Positions 31,315-41,639 of a DNA stretch of 64,000 nt are shown here, one piece after another. Numbering within the stretch: the first letter of the stretch is position 1; every line of letters begins with the position of its first letter. The stretch spans positions 35,822 through 99,821 of IMG/VR virus record IMGVR_UViG_3300018080_008375. The stretch is one strand, 5' to 3'. The translations under genes were made by a program, and so were the position numbers. The stretch comes from a virus. The notes below the pieces were generated by a model. The model saw only the letters and a list, made by a program, of their open reading frames with translations. It was not told the DNA's origin and did not search any database.

Positions 31315-31531
31315 AAGCCGCATTCTGACGCAGTGCGCTGCCAAGCAGGCGGTGGACCATGTTGTTGCCCAGGTCATTGCCAGGCTCAACAGCCAGCTTG
31401 CGGAATACCGCAATGCGCGGTCCCGTTACCATGGAAAAAAGGATGTCATGGCTGAGATAATGCACAGAAACATGCGGGAGCTGTGTACGGAGATCGGGGA
31501 GGAGATAAAAAGGGAGCTGGACAAAGCATGA
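31301..31531 (+). CDS. Hypothetical protein
   Basis: SD GGAGG; overlaps neighbours. Confidence 0.5.
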   Translation: MAKSESRILTQCAAKQAVDHVVAQVIARLNSQLAEYRNARSRYHGKKDVMAEIMHRNMRELCTEIGEEIKRELDKA

Positions 31532-32589
31532 GCGCGGAGTTTCTGCAGGGCGTTCTCGATCAGCTTAAGCTGAAGTGTAAGGTCTGCTGCTGCAGGCGCG
31601 AGGGTGCGTTTCTGATATGCGATATGGCGCTTAAGCCGGGAGGGACGGTGTCAAGGATAGAACGCCACGGGATGGAGATGGCGCTTGCCATGATGGCGCT
31701 TGATGAGCCGCTCATATATCCGGTGCCGTCCAAGGGAATCGTGCGCATGGAACTCATGATGGAGGAGCAGGGCGATGTTCCGTTTGGCGAGGTGTCGTCA
31801 AGTCCGGAGTTTCTGGGTAGCGGGCAGATGCTTCCGCTTGCCTTGGGCAAAACCAGGCGGGGTAACATCATGGTTGCCGACCTTGCCGCAATGCCGCATC
31901 TCCTAGTTGCTGGAACCACCGGCTCCGGAAAGTCGGTTATGCTGCATTCGTCCATATGTAGCCTTCTGATGCGGCGCCAACGGCGCAAGGTGTTTGTGGC
32001 GCTGATAGACCCGAAGCGCGTCGAGTTTTCCCATTATGAGGGCATACCGCAGCTGTGGGCGCCCATAGCGCACGACGCCGAGGAGGCGCTAGGACTGCTT
32101 TCCGGGCTTGCCGGCGAAATGGACAGGCGATTTGGCATTTTACAGAGAAGCAAGTGCCGTGACATTACATGCTATCGCGGGCGCATGCCGTACATAGTGC
32201 TCGTAATGGACGAGCTGGCAGATCTTATGATGACTGCCAAGAAGCAGGTGCAGGATCTTGTGTGTCGCCTGGCGCAGAAGTCAAGGGCATGCGGAATACA
32301 TCTGATCGCAGCAACGCAGCGTCCGTCGGCGGACATTGTGACCGGAATCATCAAGGCGAACTTCCCTTCCAGGCTGAGCTGCCAGGTAAGTTCGGCAACC
32401 GACAGCCGCGTCGTGCTCGACCGGAACGGGGCGGAGAAGCTCGCGGGAAACGGAGATGCCATACTTGATGCGCCTGGATATCCGTTCGTGCGGTTAAAAG
32501 GCGCATACCTGTCCGAGTCAGACATAGCGTCTGTGGTTAGGCGCCATGCCGGTCGCCCGTGGTGGAGCAGGATATGGATTGGTTCCTGA
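31528..32589 (+). CDS. FtsK/SpoIIIE-type DNA translocase motor domain
   Basis: PHLLVAGTTGSGKS, IDPKRVE, MDELADLMM, ATQRPS, DSRVVLD..GAEKL. Confidence 0.92.
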   Translation: MSAEFLQGVLDQLKLKCKVCCCRREGAFLICDMALKPGGTVSRIERHGMEMALAMMALDEPLIYPVPSKGIVRMELMMEEQGDVPFGEVSSSPEFLGSGQMLPLALGKTRRGNIMVADLAAMPHLLVAGTTGSGKSVMLHSSICSLLMRRQRRKVFVALIDPKRVEFSHYEGIPQLWAPIAHDAEEALGLLSGLAGEMDRRFGILQRSKCRDITCYRGRMPYIVLVMDELADLMMTAKKQVQDLVCRLAQKSRACGIHLIAATQRPSADIVTGIIKANFPSRLSCQVSSATDSRVVLDRNGAEKLAGNGDAILDAPGYPFVRLKGAYLSESDIASVVRRHAGRPWWSRIWIGS

Positions 32590-33215
32590 AAGATGACCCG
32601 GACATGCTGTGGCGGTGTATTGATATCGTCAACCGAAGCGTTCCGATAGTTGACATATTGCGCGGATGGGGCATCGGTCTCCAAAAAAGCTCCGGAAAGT
32701 TCGAATGGAAGGCGAAATGTCCGCTTCCTAGTCATGTTGGAAAGGGGACCGGGGGGCAGGAGCGCACTCCGTCATTCTGTGTGTCCAGCGACAACCGCTT
32801 CTACTGCTTCGGCTGCTCAGGTTTCGGAGGACCAGCCGACCTTGTAAGTTCGGTCCAGGGCATTCCCATGACCGAGGCTATCAGGGCACTTGCCGTGCGT
32901 GCGGGAATACTGGACGGCGATGGCAACTGGAACGAAGATGTGCTGGCTAGCGTTCCGGAGAAGGCGAGGCACCGGTGCGATCCCGAACAAACGGTTGAGC
33001 CCCACATTCTCAGGGCGTCTGCCGCCCTGCGCGACCATGTGAGGTCGTTTGCCGGGACCTGCTCGTTCGATGGGGAGTTTGGCTGGGCGGAGCTGATGGG
33101 GGAGAAAATGGATGAACTGATCGATCATATAGGGCACGAGGACTGGGAATATGCCAAAAACATGTGCGACAAGGTGCTGGAAAGCATAAGGCGCAGGAAG
33201 GAGAGGCTCGCATGA
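32574..33215 (+). CDS. CHC2 zinc-finger (DnaG ZBD) protein
   Basis: CPLPSH...ERTPSF...FYCFGC; no TOPRIM domain. Confidence 0.8.
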   Translation: MDWFLKDDPDMLWRCIDIVNRSVPIVDILRGWGIGLQKSSGKFEWKAKCPLPSHVGKGTGGQERTPSFCVSSDNRFYCFGCSGFGGPADLVSSVQGIPMTEAIRALAVRAGILDGDGNWNEDVLASVPEKARHRCDPEQTVEPHILRASAALRDHVRSFAGTCSFDGEFGWAELMGEKMDELIDHIGHEDWEYAKNMCDKVLESIRRRKERLA

Positions 33216-34432
33216 AGCTCGTTGTCCTGGGAGACCCCCATTTTGGAGGCGGATACGCGCTTGGAAGGATAGATCCGTATAGGCGCGTGAATTCGAGGCT
33301 GATGGACCACGAAAACACAATGGGCCATGTGGTGGACTTCTGCGCCGATCATGACGTGTCGGCGCTTGTGATCACAGGGGACATATACGAGCACAGGCGC
33401 CCTGATGCTTCACAGATTTCCGCGTTTTCAGAAAAGCTGGCGGTTCTTACCGACATCGGGGTCGACACTCACATAGTGGTAGGAAATCACGATTTGGTTC
33501 GGGCGCACAAGACGACGACGATAGACATGCTGAAGCATCTGAGGCTTCCGAATGTACATGTCTGGTCGGAAATTGATAGCGTGTATTGCGAGGACCCTCG
33601 CGGCGGAACCGGGATCAACCTTGCCTTTATGCCGTTCAGGACGCGGCAGATGCTTGATTGCTCAGACAATGCGTCGGCGGTGGAAAGGCTGAAGGACAGG
33701 CTACAGTTCGAAGTGCTTGGCATGGAGAGACCTGGTCCGAAAATAGTTGTTGGCCACCTGGCGCTGGAGGGGGCGCGCAACAAGGGCATCCTGCTGGACC
33801 AGTACATGGTTTCAGAGATTGTGCTGCCTGTGTCCATGTTCGGGGGAATGGATCTGGACGCAGTTGTCATGGGCCACATACATCAGCACCAGGTGCTTTG
33901 TAAAGATCCGCTTGTGGTCCATGTGGGAGCGATGGAGCGGTCGGATTTCGGAGAGGCCAGCCAGCCGAGGTACTTCCTGGTTGTGGACACTGATACGGAC
34001 CCGCCGTCGTACAATTTTAGGCCGCTTCCGGTGAGGGGGCTGTATGACATCGCGGTCAACAGGTCGTCCGTTTCGCCGGACGACAGCAGCATCATGGACG
34101 GTATCCTGGACGAGATAAGGGGATATGCGTCGCAGCGAAAGCTCTCGGGATGTATAGCGCGGGTTGACATCTCAGTAAATGACGCTGTTGTGGGGCGCAT
34201 AGATTCCGAACGCATAAAGAGCCTTTTAATGAAAGAGCTGGGCATCCATCACTGTACTGGTGTGTCGGTTACGGTTGTGTCGAAACGGCAGCTTCGAAGC
34301 TCAGAGATTACCGAAAGGGTCAAGCCGAAGGAGGCGTTTAACAAATGGCTGGAGCTTGTGGACGACGACGGGCTGCGCGAAAGGCTGCGCAGGCACGGAA
34401 ACAAGATAATAGACGAGTTTGGGAGCGTGTGA
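33212..34432 (+). CDS. SbcD/Mre11/gp47-like nuclease
   Basis: GDPHF, TGDIY, GNHD, GHIH, DFGE. Confidence 0.9.
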   Translation: MKLVVLGDPHFGGGYALGRIDPYRRVNSRLMDHENTMGHVVDFCADHDVSALVITGDIYEHRRPDASQISAFSEKLAVLTDIGVDTHIVVGNHDLVRAHKTTTIDMLKHLRLPNVHVWSEIDSVYCEDPRGGTGINLAFMPFRTRQMLDCSDNASAVERLKDRLQFEVLGMERPGPKIVVGHLALEGARNKGILLDQYMVSEIVLPVSMFGGMDLDAVVMGHIHQHQVLCKDPLVVHVGAMERSDFGEASQPRYFLVVDTDTDPPSYNFRPLPVRGLYDIAVNRSSVSPDDSSIMDGILDEIRGYASQRKLSGCIARVDISVNDAVVGRIDSERIKSLLMKELGIHHCTGVSVTVVSKRQLRSSEITERVKPKEAFNKWLELVDDDGLRERLRRHGNKIIDEFGSV

Positions 34433-34433
34433 T

Positions 34434-36638
34434 ATGATTCCTGTTTTCCTTCGCCTTGAAAACTTCATGTCCCATGCCAGGTCGGTGGTAGACTTCAGTC
34501 AGTTTGATGCGGCTCTGATAGTCGGCTCGCACGACGGTGATACGGATGTTTCCAACGGCGTGGGCAAGACCGCAATCTTTAGCGCAATAGTGTGGTGTCT
34601 GTACAATAAATGTAGGTTCCGCAAAAAGGAAAAGGTTGTCAAACGCGGTCGGAACGGATGTGCTGTGGAATTCGTTTTCAATCTCGACGGAACGCAGTAC
34701 AAGGTTGTGCGCAAGCTCGGCAAAAGATCAGGCTCAAGCGAAGTGACATTCCATGAGTCCGGTTCCGGCGGCTGGAAGGATATCACATGCGACACGCCAA
34801 CGCTGACCAGCCGCAAAATCATGGAAACAGTGGGGGTCAATTACGACACGTTCGTCAATTCGGTGTATTTTAGGCAGAACGACCTGTCGCTGTTTGCGAC
34901 TGCAACTGCGTCGGAGCGCAAGGAGGTTCTAAAGGATCTGCTGCAGATAGGGATATGGGACAGGCTCAAGGACAATGCCAAGGCAAAGGCCAAGGTATTT
35001 TCCGACAAGAAGGATACTGCCGACGAGAGGATAAGGGCGCTTGGAGATGTTGCGTCAGAGGAAGATGTAAACAGAAAAGCCATGGCGGCACTCAACTTGC
35101 GCATAAACGATGCGGAAAGGGAGCTTGCGGGCGCCGAAGGCATCCTGGATGCGGCAAGGGACGAGCTGAGCAAAGTCCGCGCAGCGGAATTGCGCAGCGG
35201 GGCGGACGAGATTCGCAACATCAGAAGGAGGCTGTCCCAGATATCGTCCAGGGGAAGGGAGATAGTCGGCAGGCGCGATGTCATCAAGGGGGAGTTCGAG
35301 GCAAACGAGCTGGTTGTTAAAGAGGCCACAGCGCAAGCTGTTGTCGCAGAGAAAGAAGCGGAGAGGCATGCGAGGGAGGTGCTTCGCGTCGAAAGCCATT
35401 CGGAAAGGAAGTATGCCGAACAGGTTGTGAACGATCAGGACAGCATTGATGAATGCCTTGACGCGTATTACGGGGTTGACTCTGAGGTTGCCAACAAAAG
35501 GGAGGCGCTTGAGACGGCTGAAAGGGCACGCATGTCGTACAGCCAGAGGATTAGTCAGCTGGAGGCGCTTGAGCCGGGAAAAAAGTGTCCAACATGCTTT
35601 CAGCAGGTTGGCAATTTGGAAGATGTTCTTCGCGATAGGCGCAGCTTGATTGCAAAATCCCGCGCCGGCTTTGACGATTGTACAAAAGCAATAGCAGAAA
35701 TAAGGGGATGGCTGGCGGAGGCGGAAGCCGTCCGCAAGCGGGCGGACGATTCCGCAATAGCCATGAAGCGCTCCGAGCTTCGGTGCAAGGAGTGCGCGCA
35801 GCAGCGGCTTGCCGCCAATAAGGCTAATGTGCGCCTGAGGGACGAGCTTGGCCTGCTGGCGCGCGAATGGGGCGACCTGAAGAGCGAAAAGGACTGGTTG
35901 GTCAAAAAGCTGGAACTCTTAGGCGACAGTGTGGATTGTCAGGATGCGCTGTCCAAGGCCGAGAAAGCCGCGGAGTTGGCTGCTAGCCGTGTTGAGGAAC
36001 TGCGTAAGTTGCGCATGGATCTCGGCGTCGAGTATGGAAGTTTGCAAGGCCGCGCCGAAGTCATACAGAGAAAACTGTCTGAGCGCACTGCGCTACTGTC
36101 CAGGAAGAAGGCCATGGCCGACAGCCAGGATGTTCACAAGAGGCTTGTCAAGGCTTTTGGAAAAAACGGCGTCCAGGCGATCATCATGGAAAATGTAACC
36201 GAGGACCTTAGAAACTATGCGAACGGCGTGCTGTGCCAGATATGTAACGATCAGATGAGCGTGGATTTCTTAACGCAGAGGCAGACGGCTTCCGGTTCAT
36301 GGTCAGAAACATTCGATATCAGAGTGTGCATGTCGGACGGTGTCGTAGACTTTGAGGATTTGAGCGGTGGTGAGCAGGTTCGCGTGTCGATAGCCATTAG
36401 GCTTGCTCTTAGCAGAATACTCATGCGCAGGGTCGGAAGCCAGCTCAGAGTTCTTCTGCTGGACGAGGTCGACCAGGCTCTCGACCGCAAGGGTTTACAG
36501 GCGCTTGCCGATGCGATACATATTCTGTCCAGCGAGTTCAAGATTCTTGTAATCACTCACAATGAAAACATGAAGGACCGGTTCGACCATGTTCTGACCG
36601 TCCAGAAGGGCGCCGGCGGCAGCACGGTTACTCAATAG
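34434..36638 (+). CDS. SbcC/Rad50/gp46-like ATPase
   Basis: ENFMSH, NGVGKT, coiled coil with CPTC hook, LSGGE, LLLDE, ITH. Confidence 0.92.
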   Translation: MIPVFLRLENFMSHARSVVDFSQFDAALIVGSHDGDTDVSNGVGKTAIFSAIVWCLYNKCRFRKKEKVVKRGRNGCAVEFVFNLDGTQYKVVRKLGKRSGSSEVTFHESGSGGWKDITCDTPTLTSRKIMETVGVNYDTFVNSVYFRQNDLSLFATATASERKEVLKDLLQIGIWDRLKDNAKAKAKVFSDKKDTADERIRALGDVASEEDVNRKAMAALNLRINDAERELAGAEGILDAARDELSKVRAAELRSGADEIRNIRRRLSQISSRGREIVGRRDVIKGEFEANELVVKEATAQAVVAEKEAERHAREVLRVESHSERKYAEQVVNDQDSIDECLDAYYGVDSEVANKREALETAERARMSYSQRISQLEALEPGKKCPTCFQQVGNLEDVLRDRRSLIAKSRAGFDDCTKAIAEIRGWLAEAEAVRKRADDSAIAMKRSELRCKECAQQRLAANKANVRLRDELGLLAREWGDLKSEKDWLVKKLELLGDSVDCQDALSKAEKAAELAASRVEELRKLRMDLGVEYGSLQGRAEVIQRKLSERTALLSRKKAMADSQDVHKRLVKAFGKNGVQAIIMENVTEDLRNYANGVLCQICNDQMSVDFLTQRQTASGSWSETFDIRVCMSDGVVDFEDLSGGEQVRVSIAIRLALSRILMRRVGSQLRVLLLDEVDQALDRKGLQALADAIHILSSEFKILVITHNENMKDRFDHVLTVQKGAGGSTVTQ

Positions 36639-36652
36639 CTAATATGCTAAGA

Positions 36653-36671
36653 TCTATCAATTTTCCAGCAT
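36653..36671 (+). promoter_or_regulatory. Putative phage promoter motif
   Basis: TCTATCAATTTTCCAGCAT in an intergenic gap. Confidence 0.55.
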
Positions 36672-36687
36672 TCTTGAAGGAAGGCGC

Positions 36688-37275
36688 ATGGCAGCTAAGA
36701 TAGTCATGGGAATAGTCGGTCCCACAAGGTCCGGAAAAGACACAGTTGCGGAATGGCTGGTAGAAAATCGCGGATACAGGCGGTTTGCCATTGCCGACCG
36801 CATAAAGGATGAATATTTCAGCAAAATAGCAATAACTTCACAAAAGTTCGAGCAGTTCAAAGGTACGGACCGCGAACAGGAGCTGAGGGACGGGCTGTGG
36901 CAATACAGCGACAGCGTAAAGGCTAAGCATGGCAAGGATTGGTTTGTCGACCGCGTGTTTGACGAGATATCCGGATGCGAGGACCATGCCATTATCACGG
37001 ACATCAGGACGCAGACTGAACTGAATGTCGCAAGGTGGCGCGGGGCAGCCATACTTCTGGTGTTCGGAAAGCAGCATGCGCCGCCAGGAGATAGGAGTGA
37101 GACCATTCCGGGCTCGCGCTTGTTTTGGAACCAGGTCAAGCCGCACTTCCAGATAGCTAACACGGGAACGATTGAAAGACTGTACGAAAAGGTAAAGAAT
37201 CTTCATGAGGAGATCGATAATGTCCGAAATGTCCGAAACGGACGAGAGCTACCCATCGATATCGCACATACTTAG
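36688..37275 (+). CDS. Deoxynucleoside monophosphate kinase-like
   Basis: GPTRSGKDTVA, FAIADRIK, ITDIR. Confidence 0.8.
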   Translation: MAAKIVMGIVGPTRSGKDTVAEWLVENRGYRRFAIADRIKDEYFSKIAITSQKFEQFKGTDREQELRDGLWQYSDSVKAKHGKDWFVDRVFDEISGCEDHAIITDIRTQTELNVARWRGAAILLVFGKQHAPPGDRSETIPGSRLFWNQVKPHFQIANTGTIERLYEKVKNLHEEIDNVRNVRNGRELPIDIAHT

Positions 37276-37330
37276 GGGCTGTCCGGTATAGGTCCAAGCG
37301 CGATCGCCGGGTGGTCCGAGGAGGTGCCCG

Positions 37331-37513
37331 GTGATAGAGCGCGAATTCATCGGCAGAGACAAGGCCAGAGCAGTCAGGAAAGCCATGGATTTCTGGTACC
37401 GTCACTTCAGGGACAGGATGACGCTCAGAAAGTTCCTGTCGCACTGTACATGGAGACAAGAAGAAAGAGGCATCATTGTCAGATGCAACATTACAACGAA
37501 GGAGCTGATTTAG
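37331..37513 (+). CDS. Small hypothetical protein
   Basis: SD GAGGAGG before GTG. Confidence 0.45.
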   Translation: MIEREFIGRDKARAVRKAMDFWYRHFRDRMTLRKFLSHCTWRQEERGIIVRCNITTKELI

Positions 37514-37520
37514 CACAGGC

Positions 37521-38429
37521 ATGGCAGTCATCTCGATAACAGCCACCGGGCTCGGACCTGAGCTGGTTGCGGGCATACCGCAGCTGGTCGGGCTGTCAAC
37601 CAACATTCCGGCACTGGTATTCTATACGCTGGACGGCTCGGAGCCGGACTCGGAGTCGCCAGTGTATGTCAGCCCGATTGAGATGCCGGGTTGCTCCACG
37701 CGATTGCGCGTTCTTGCCGTAAGCGGACCGGACAGGGGTGCGCTGGACATTACATTCTATGTGGACGCCCTGCCTGAGTTTCTCGTGTCGCCGCGTGGCG
37801 GCAGCGCTGTGTACGCGGACGCGTACGATGTTGTCAATGCGGTCGAGGACGGGTACGGTCCGGACGCCCATGGCGTCCTGGATGTCGTGGTGCGCGGCAC
37901 GGACGACGAACTGATTGACTATGATTTTAGGCAGTCGCCGTCTGACAGGTTCGGAAACCCGCCCGGCCTGTTGATATCCATAGGGTTTCCAGATGCAGAG
38001 GCGTTTTCCAGGGAGAAGAGGCTCGGGGTCGATTTCGAGCCCAGTTCTCCGAACAATCAGAATGTGTTTTTCAACCCGCGGTCGCTGTACATAACAATCG
38101 ACGCAAGGGACGGGTACGGGGACCAAGTACAGGACGGATACAGGATTCTCAACAGGACATTCATGAGCACCATGGATGTGACGCGCTATCTGGGCGGCAA
38201 GATTATGTACGAGCCGCACCCGTACATATCCGGAGGTTTCGTGCGGTCTTTTCGCAATCCGGCAACAGGCGTGGAAGTGTTCTATTATTTCGACCACAAC
38301 GAGACGCGCTGGATAAAAAGCATACAGCGGTACGACCCTTCAGCGCTGCCGGTCGGAGTCGGACTGCAGGCCCCTGGCGGCTTGCCGCGCGTCATTCCGT
38401 GGATATACAACAAGCGCAGCATGATTTAG
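37521..38429 (+). CDS. Hypothetical protein with chitobiase/FN3-associated-like domain, possibly virion-associated
   Basis: FYTLDGSEP..ESPVY..PI motif. Confidence 0.6.
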   Translation: MAVISITATGLGPELVAGIPQLVGLSTNIPALVFYTLDGSEPDSESPVYVSPIEMPGCSTRLRVLAVSGPDRGALDITFYVDALPEFLVSPRGGSAVYADAYDVVNAVEDGYGPDAHGVLDVVVRGTDDELIDYDFRQSPSDRFGNPPGLLISIGFPDAEAFSREKRLGVDFEPSSPNNQNVFFNPRSLYITIDARDGYGDQVQDGYRILNRTFMSTMDVTRYLGGKIMYEPHPYISGGFVRSFRNPATGVEVFYYFDHNETRWIKSIQRYDPSALPVGVGLQAPGGLPRVIPWIYNKRSMI

Positions 38430-38437
38430 GGAGATGT

Positions 38438-39235
38438 ATGACGAAAAGGGAAAGGCGGTGCGCATCGCGCAGGTTCACAGATCTTGTCGGTCAGACGAAG
38501 AAAACGAGAGAGCATGTTGCCAGCGGCGCGAGGTTTTTCAGGCGACAGCCGACTGTTGCAGAAGCAGACGAGGCGTGTCTTTACGCGATTGAGCGCGCAG
38601 AGTATGTGCGTATCGGGTCGTGCGGTTTGGTTTCGGACGGCAAATGGAATAAAACTGTGAGTGCGTGCTTCGACCTGCATGAAAAAGTGAAGGAATGCGG
38701 CAGGCTTGCCATGTTCATGGGCGACGACAAGCGTTCTGGGGCAAGGTATTATTTGAACTGGCTCCAAGGGCGTTTCATGGAGATTGCGTTTTGCGAGATG
38801 TTTGCCCAGCATATGTTTCCTGGCGCGCTTTTCAGAATGGCTGGGGCTGACGCCGACCCAAGCTCCTTATTGTTTTCAAGAGATCATTCTGCGGACATTG
38901 AAGTTTCTGTGGAAGAGTCGACAATTATGGTGGAAGTACAGTCCGGAAGCCAAAGCCGGTTCAGCGACGTCAAGGGCGGCAAAATAGAAGAGGCTGTCAA
39001 GAGGGCTGTTAGCGGAGTGGAAACGGTTCTTGTACATTTCGACATTGTTGGAAATTCTGTTGCCGTGGTGCGAAACCTGGCAAATGCCAGGTGCGGATCC
39101 AGAAGGGCGCAGTGGGGAGGTCGCGCTGTGTGGGAAATACCAGACAGGTTTTTTCACGAGTTGTGCTCGCATCCTTTTCCCTCATGGCCCAGCATTCCGT
39201 CTCCAGGAAAGGAGAAGCAGTTGTGTACAGGGTAG
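38438..39235 (+). CDS. PD-(D/E)xK nuclease-like protein, possible restriction endonuclease
   Basis: ADIEV...VEVQSG; overlaps MTase 3. Confidence 0.5.
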   Translation: MTKRERRCASRRFTDLVGQTKKTREHVASGARFFRRQPTVAEADEACLYAIERAEYVRIGSCGLVSDGKWNKTVSACFDLHEKVKECGRLAMFMGDDKRSGARYYLNWLQGRFMEIAFCEMFAQHMFPGALFRMAGADADPSSLLFSRDHSADIEVSVEESTIMVEVQSGSQSRFSDVKGGKIEEAVKRAVSGVETVLVHFDIVGNSVAVVRNLANARCGSRRAQWGGRAVWEIPDRFFHELCSHPFPSWPSIPSPGKEKQLCTG

Positions 39236-40311
39236 CTGACCTTTTTGCTGGTGCCGGAGGGCTGTCTTTGGGCTTTTCGGAATGCGGGGGGTTCGAGGTT
39301 GTGTTTGCGAACGACATAGACCAGGACGCCGGGCAGACATTCGCGTACAACCACCCCGGAGTTGCCACATATGTGGGCGACATAAAGAAACTCACAAAAA
39401 AAAGAGTGGAATCTGACATTGGGCGTTCCGACATCGATGTGGTGGTGGGCGGTCCTCCATGCCAGGCATATTCAACAGCTGGAAAGAGGCTTCTGTCTGA
39501 CGGCAGGGCATGGATGTTCCGGCAGTATCACCGGATTCTTGAGGAATTCAGGCCAAAAGTGTTTCTGTTCGAAAATGTGACTGGCCTTTTATCTATGCGC
39601 GCCAAGGATGGTGGAGAGAAGTTGTTCGACCATATCGTGGGCGTTTTGGGCAATTTGGGATACGATGTGTCGTGGAAGGTGCTTGACGCCTCTGAGCACG
39701 GTGTTCCGCAGAAGCGCCGCAGGGTTTTTGTGGTTGGCACCAGAACAGGGGCGGGCTTCGAGTTTCCACCACCCCTTTCTGAAAGAAAGCTGACCTTGCG
39801 CGATGCGCTAGGAGATCTTCCTGTTAACGCACCGCCGCGCGGAAAGCGTGCGGGGTACGCATCTGGACCTTCCAACGCGTTTCAGGAATCCATGCGCAGG
39901 GGGGCTCCAGGCAGTATACTGTACCACTCAGGAAGTTCGCACGGCGAAAGCCTCATGAAAGTTATTCGGGCCATACCCAAGAACGGAGGAAGGGCTGTTG
40001 ATGCGCCTGGCACCATAAGGCCGTCCAGCGGGTTTGGAAACTCGTATGCCAGGCTATGGTGGGACCGCCCGTCAACGACCATTACGAGAAACCTTGGAAC
40101 TCCGTCGTCGGCAAGGTGTATACATCCGGAAGCCGACCGTGCGCTTACGACACGGGAGGGGGCTAGGCTCCAGTCTTTTCCCGACAGGTACAGGTTTTTC
40201 GGAACTCCGTCTTCAAAGAACCTACAGATAGGAAACGCAGTGCCTCCGGTTCTGGCCGGCAGGATGGCCGAGGCGGTGCTCAGGCACCTGGAAGGGAGAA
40301 AGAATGTGTAA
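39223..40311 (+). CDS. DNA (cytosine-5) methyltransferase 3
   Basis: DLFAGAGG, GGPPCQ, ENV, QKRRR, RLQSFPD, GNAVP. Confidence 0.93.
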   Translation: MYRVADLFAGAGGLSLGFSECGGFEVVFANDIDQDAGQTFAYNHPGVATYVGDIKKLTKKRVESDIGRSDIDVVVGGPPCQAYSTAGKRLLSDGRAWMFRQYHRILEEFRPKVFLFENVTGLLSMRAKDGGEKLFDHIVGVLGNLGYDVSWKVLDASEHGVPQKRRRVFVVGTRTGAGFEFPPPLSERKLTLRDALGDLPVNAPPRGKRAGYASGPSNAFQESMRRGAPGSILYHSGSSHGESLMKVIRAIPKNGGRAVDAPGTIRPSSGFGNSYARLWWDRPSTTITRNLGTPSSARCIHPEADRALTTREGARLQSFPDRYRFFGTPSSKNLQIGNAVPPVLAGRMAEAVLRHLEGRKNV

Positions 40312-41068
40312 ATTCGAAAAGGCAAGGAAGCCGAAGCTAGTGCTGTCGCCAAGCAGGGTGGACATGTTCAAACAGTGCCGCAGGAGGTACTACAACCGCT
40401 ACATAGCGCGCATGCCGCTGAAGCAATGGCCGCACTTCAGGCTCGGAACATTTGCCCACGGCGCTTTGGAGAACTTTCACCAGTATCTTCTGGACGGCGA
40501 AAAGGATGGCGCGCCGAAGCTGATGAAGCGGGCATGCCTCAGTTTTCACCGGCAGATGGAGAGGGAAGGCAGGCAGCTTCTGGACGGCGACCAGGCAAAA
40601 GAGGCGCATGCAATGCTGGCTGCCTACCTTAGGCAGGCGGACCTTGAAGGGAAGCAGTCGAAGGTCCTGGAGCTGGAGAAAAAGTTTACGATCAGGCTGA
40701 ACAACGACTACGATCTCACAGGAATCGTCGACAGGCTAGACATGGACGCCGACGATGTCTATCACATCAAAGATTACAAAACAAGCAAGAACGCAAGGTA
40801 CATGAAGCCGTTCCAGCTGAACGCATACGGCATTTGGCTCCTAGAGGAGCATCCCGAGGTAGAGCGATTCCGAGGGTCGTACATCATGTTGAGGCTGAAC
40901 AGCGAACTGGTTTCGTACGATTTTACGCGCGAGGATGTGGACAAGTGCAGGCAGGAGCTGATAAAGACGGCAGACGACATCATGTCTGAGGAACGGTGGA
41001 TACAAAACCAGGGAAAGCTGTGTAACTGGTGCGATTTCCAGGAAGTGTGCTTCAATTCATGGTGCTAG
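40304..41068 (+). CDS. Cas4/RecB-family PD-(D/E)xK exonuclease
   Basis: LSPS..C, GIVDRLD, DYKT, QL..Y, CNWCDFQEVC Fe-S Cys set. Confidence 0.85.
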   Translation: MCKFEKARKPKLVLSPSRVDMFKQCRRRYYNRYIARMPLKQWPHFRLGTFAHGALENFHQYLLDGEKDGAPKLMKRACLSFHRQMEREGRQLLDGDQAKEAHAMLAAYLRQADLEGKQSKVLELEKKFTIRLNNDYDLTGIVDRLDMDADDVYHIKDYKTSKNARYMKPFQLNAYGIWLLEEHPEVERFRGSYIMLRLNSELVSYDFTREDVDKCRQELIKTADDIMSEERWIQNQGKLCNWCDFQEVCFNSWC

Positions 41069-41080
41069 GAGGCTTGTAAT

Positions 41081-41626
41081 ATGGCCAGTCGCGAGTATTT
41101 CGCGGGTAAAGTCATGGTGTACGGCGACGAGGTGTTCATCAACACGCGCGACGGAACCGGATTCGTAGAGGTGCTTGAGATGATGTCGGGATTTCTGGAC
41201 AAGTTCTCAAGACGGCGGTCGCATGAAGATACATCGGTTGAGGACTGCGATATCAGGCAGGACGCGCGCCTTGCCGCAATAGAGGGGATTTTGGCATACC
41301 GGCCGCGCGATGGAGCGCGGCTGTCGACATTCTTACACGGGCATGTGCGCAATCGCATGATAGACTCCGGTCGCAAGCGCCGCGTACAGTGCATTCCGTT
41401 TGAAGAGGGTGCTGACGCCTTGCTGACCAGGGGAATCGCTCCTGAGGACCGCATAGCCGTAATGCGCGTGGTAGAGTCGTGGAGTCCTAGGTGGCGGCGC
41501 ATCATGTTTCGCATTCTGGTCAAGCAGGACCGCGTCAAAGATGTGGCGATGGATGAAGGCATGTCCGCATGGGGGCTTACCAGAGCAGCAAAAAAGCGCA
41601 TTGAACGCGCCCGCGAAATGATCTGA
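41081..41626 (+). CDS. Sigma-70-like RNA polymerase factor
   Basis: DIRQDARLAAIE..Y......LSTF....VRNRMID (region 2) plus C-terminal HTH. Confidence 0.7.
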   Translation: MASREYFAGKVMVYGDEVFINTRDGTGFVEVLEMMSGFLDKFSRRRSHEDTSVEDCDIRQDARLAAIEGILAYRPRDGARLSTFLHGHVRNRMIDSGRKRRVQCIPFEEGADALLTRGIAPEDRIAVMRVVESWSPRWRRIMFRILVKQDRVKDVAMDEGMSAWGLTRAAKKRIERAREMI

Positions 41627-41639
41627 CAGAAAGAGGAAG

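Noticed and set aside
37220-37513. TAG read-through joining a short upstream ORF to ORF 37331
   Set aside because: The upstream part overlaps the dNMP kinase gene and the downstream GTG has its own strong SD.
40304-41068. CRISPR-Cas locus
   Set aside because: A solo Cas4-like nuclease with no repeat-spacer array or other cas genes seen.
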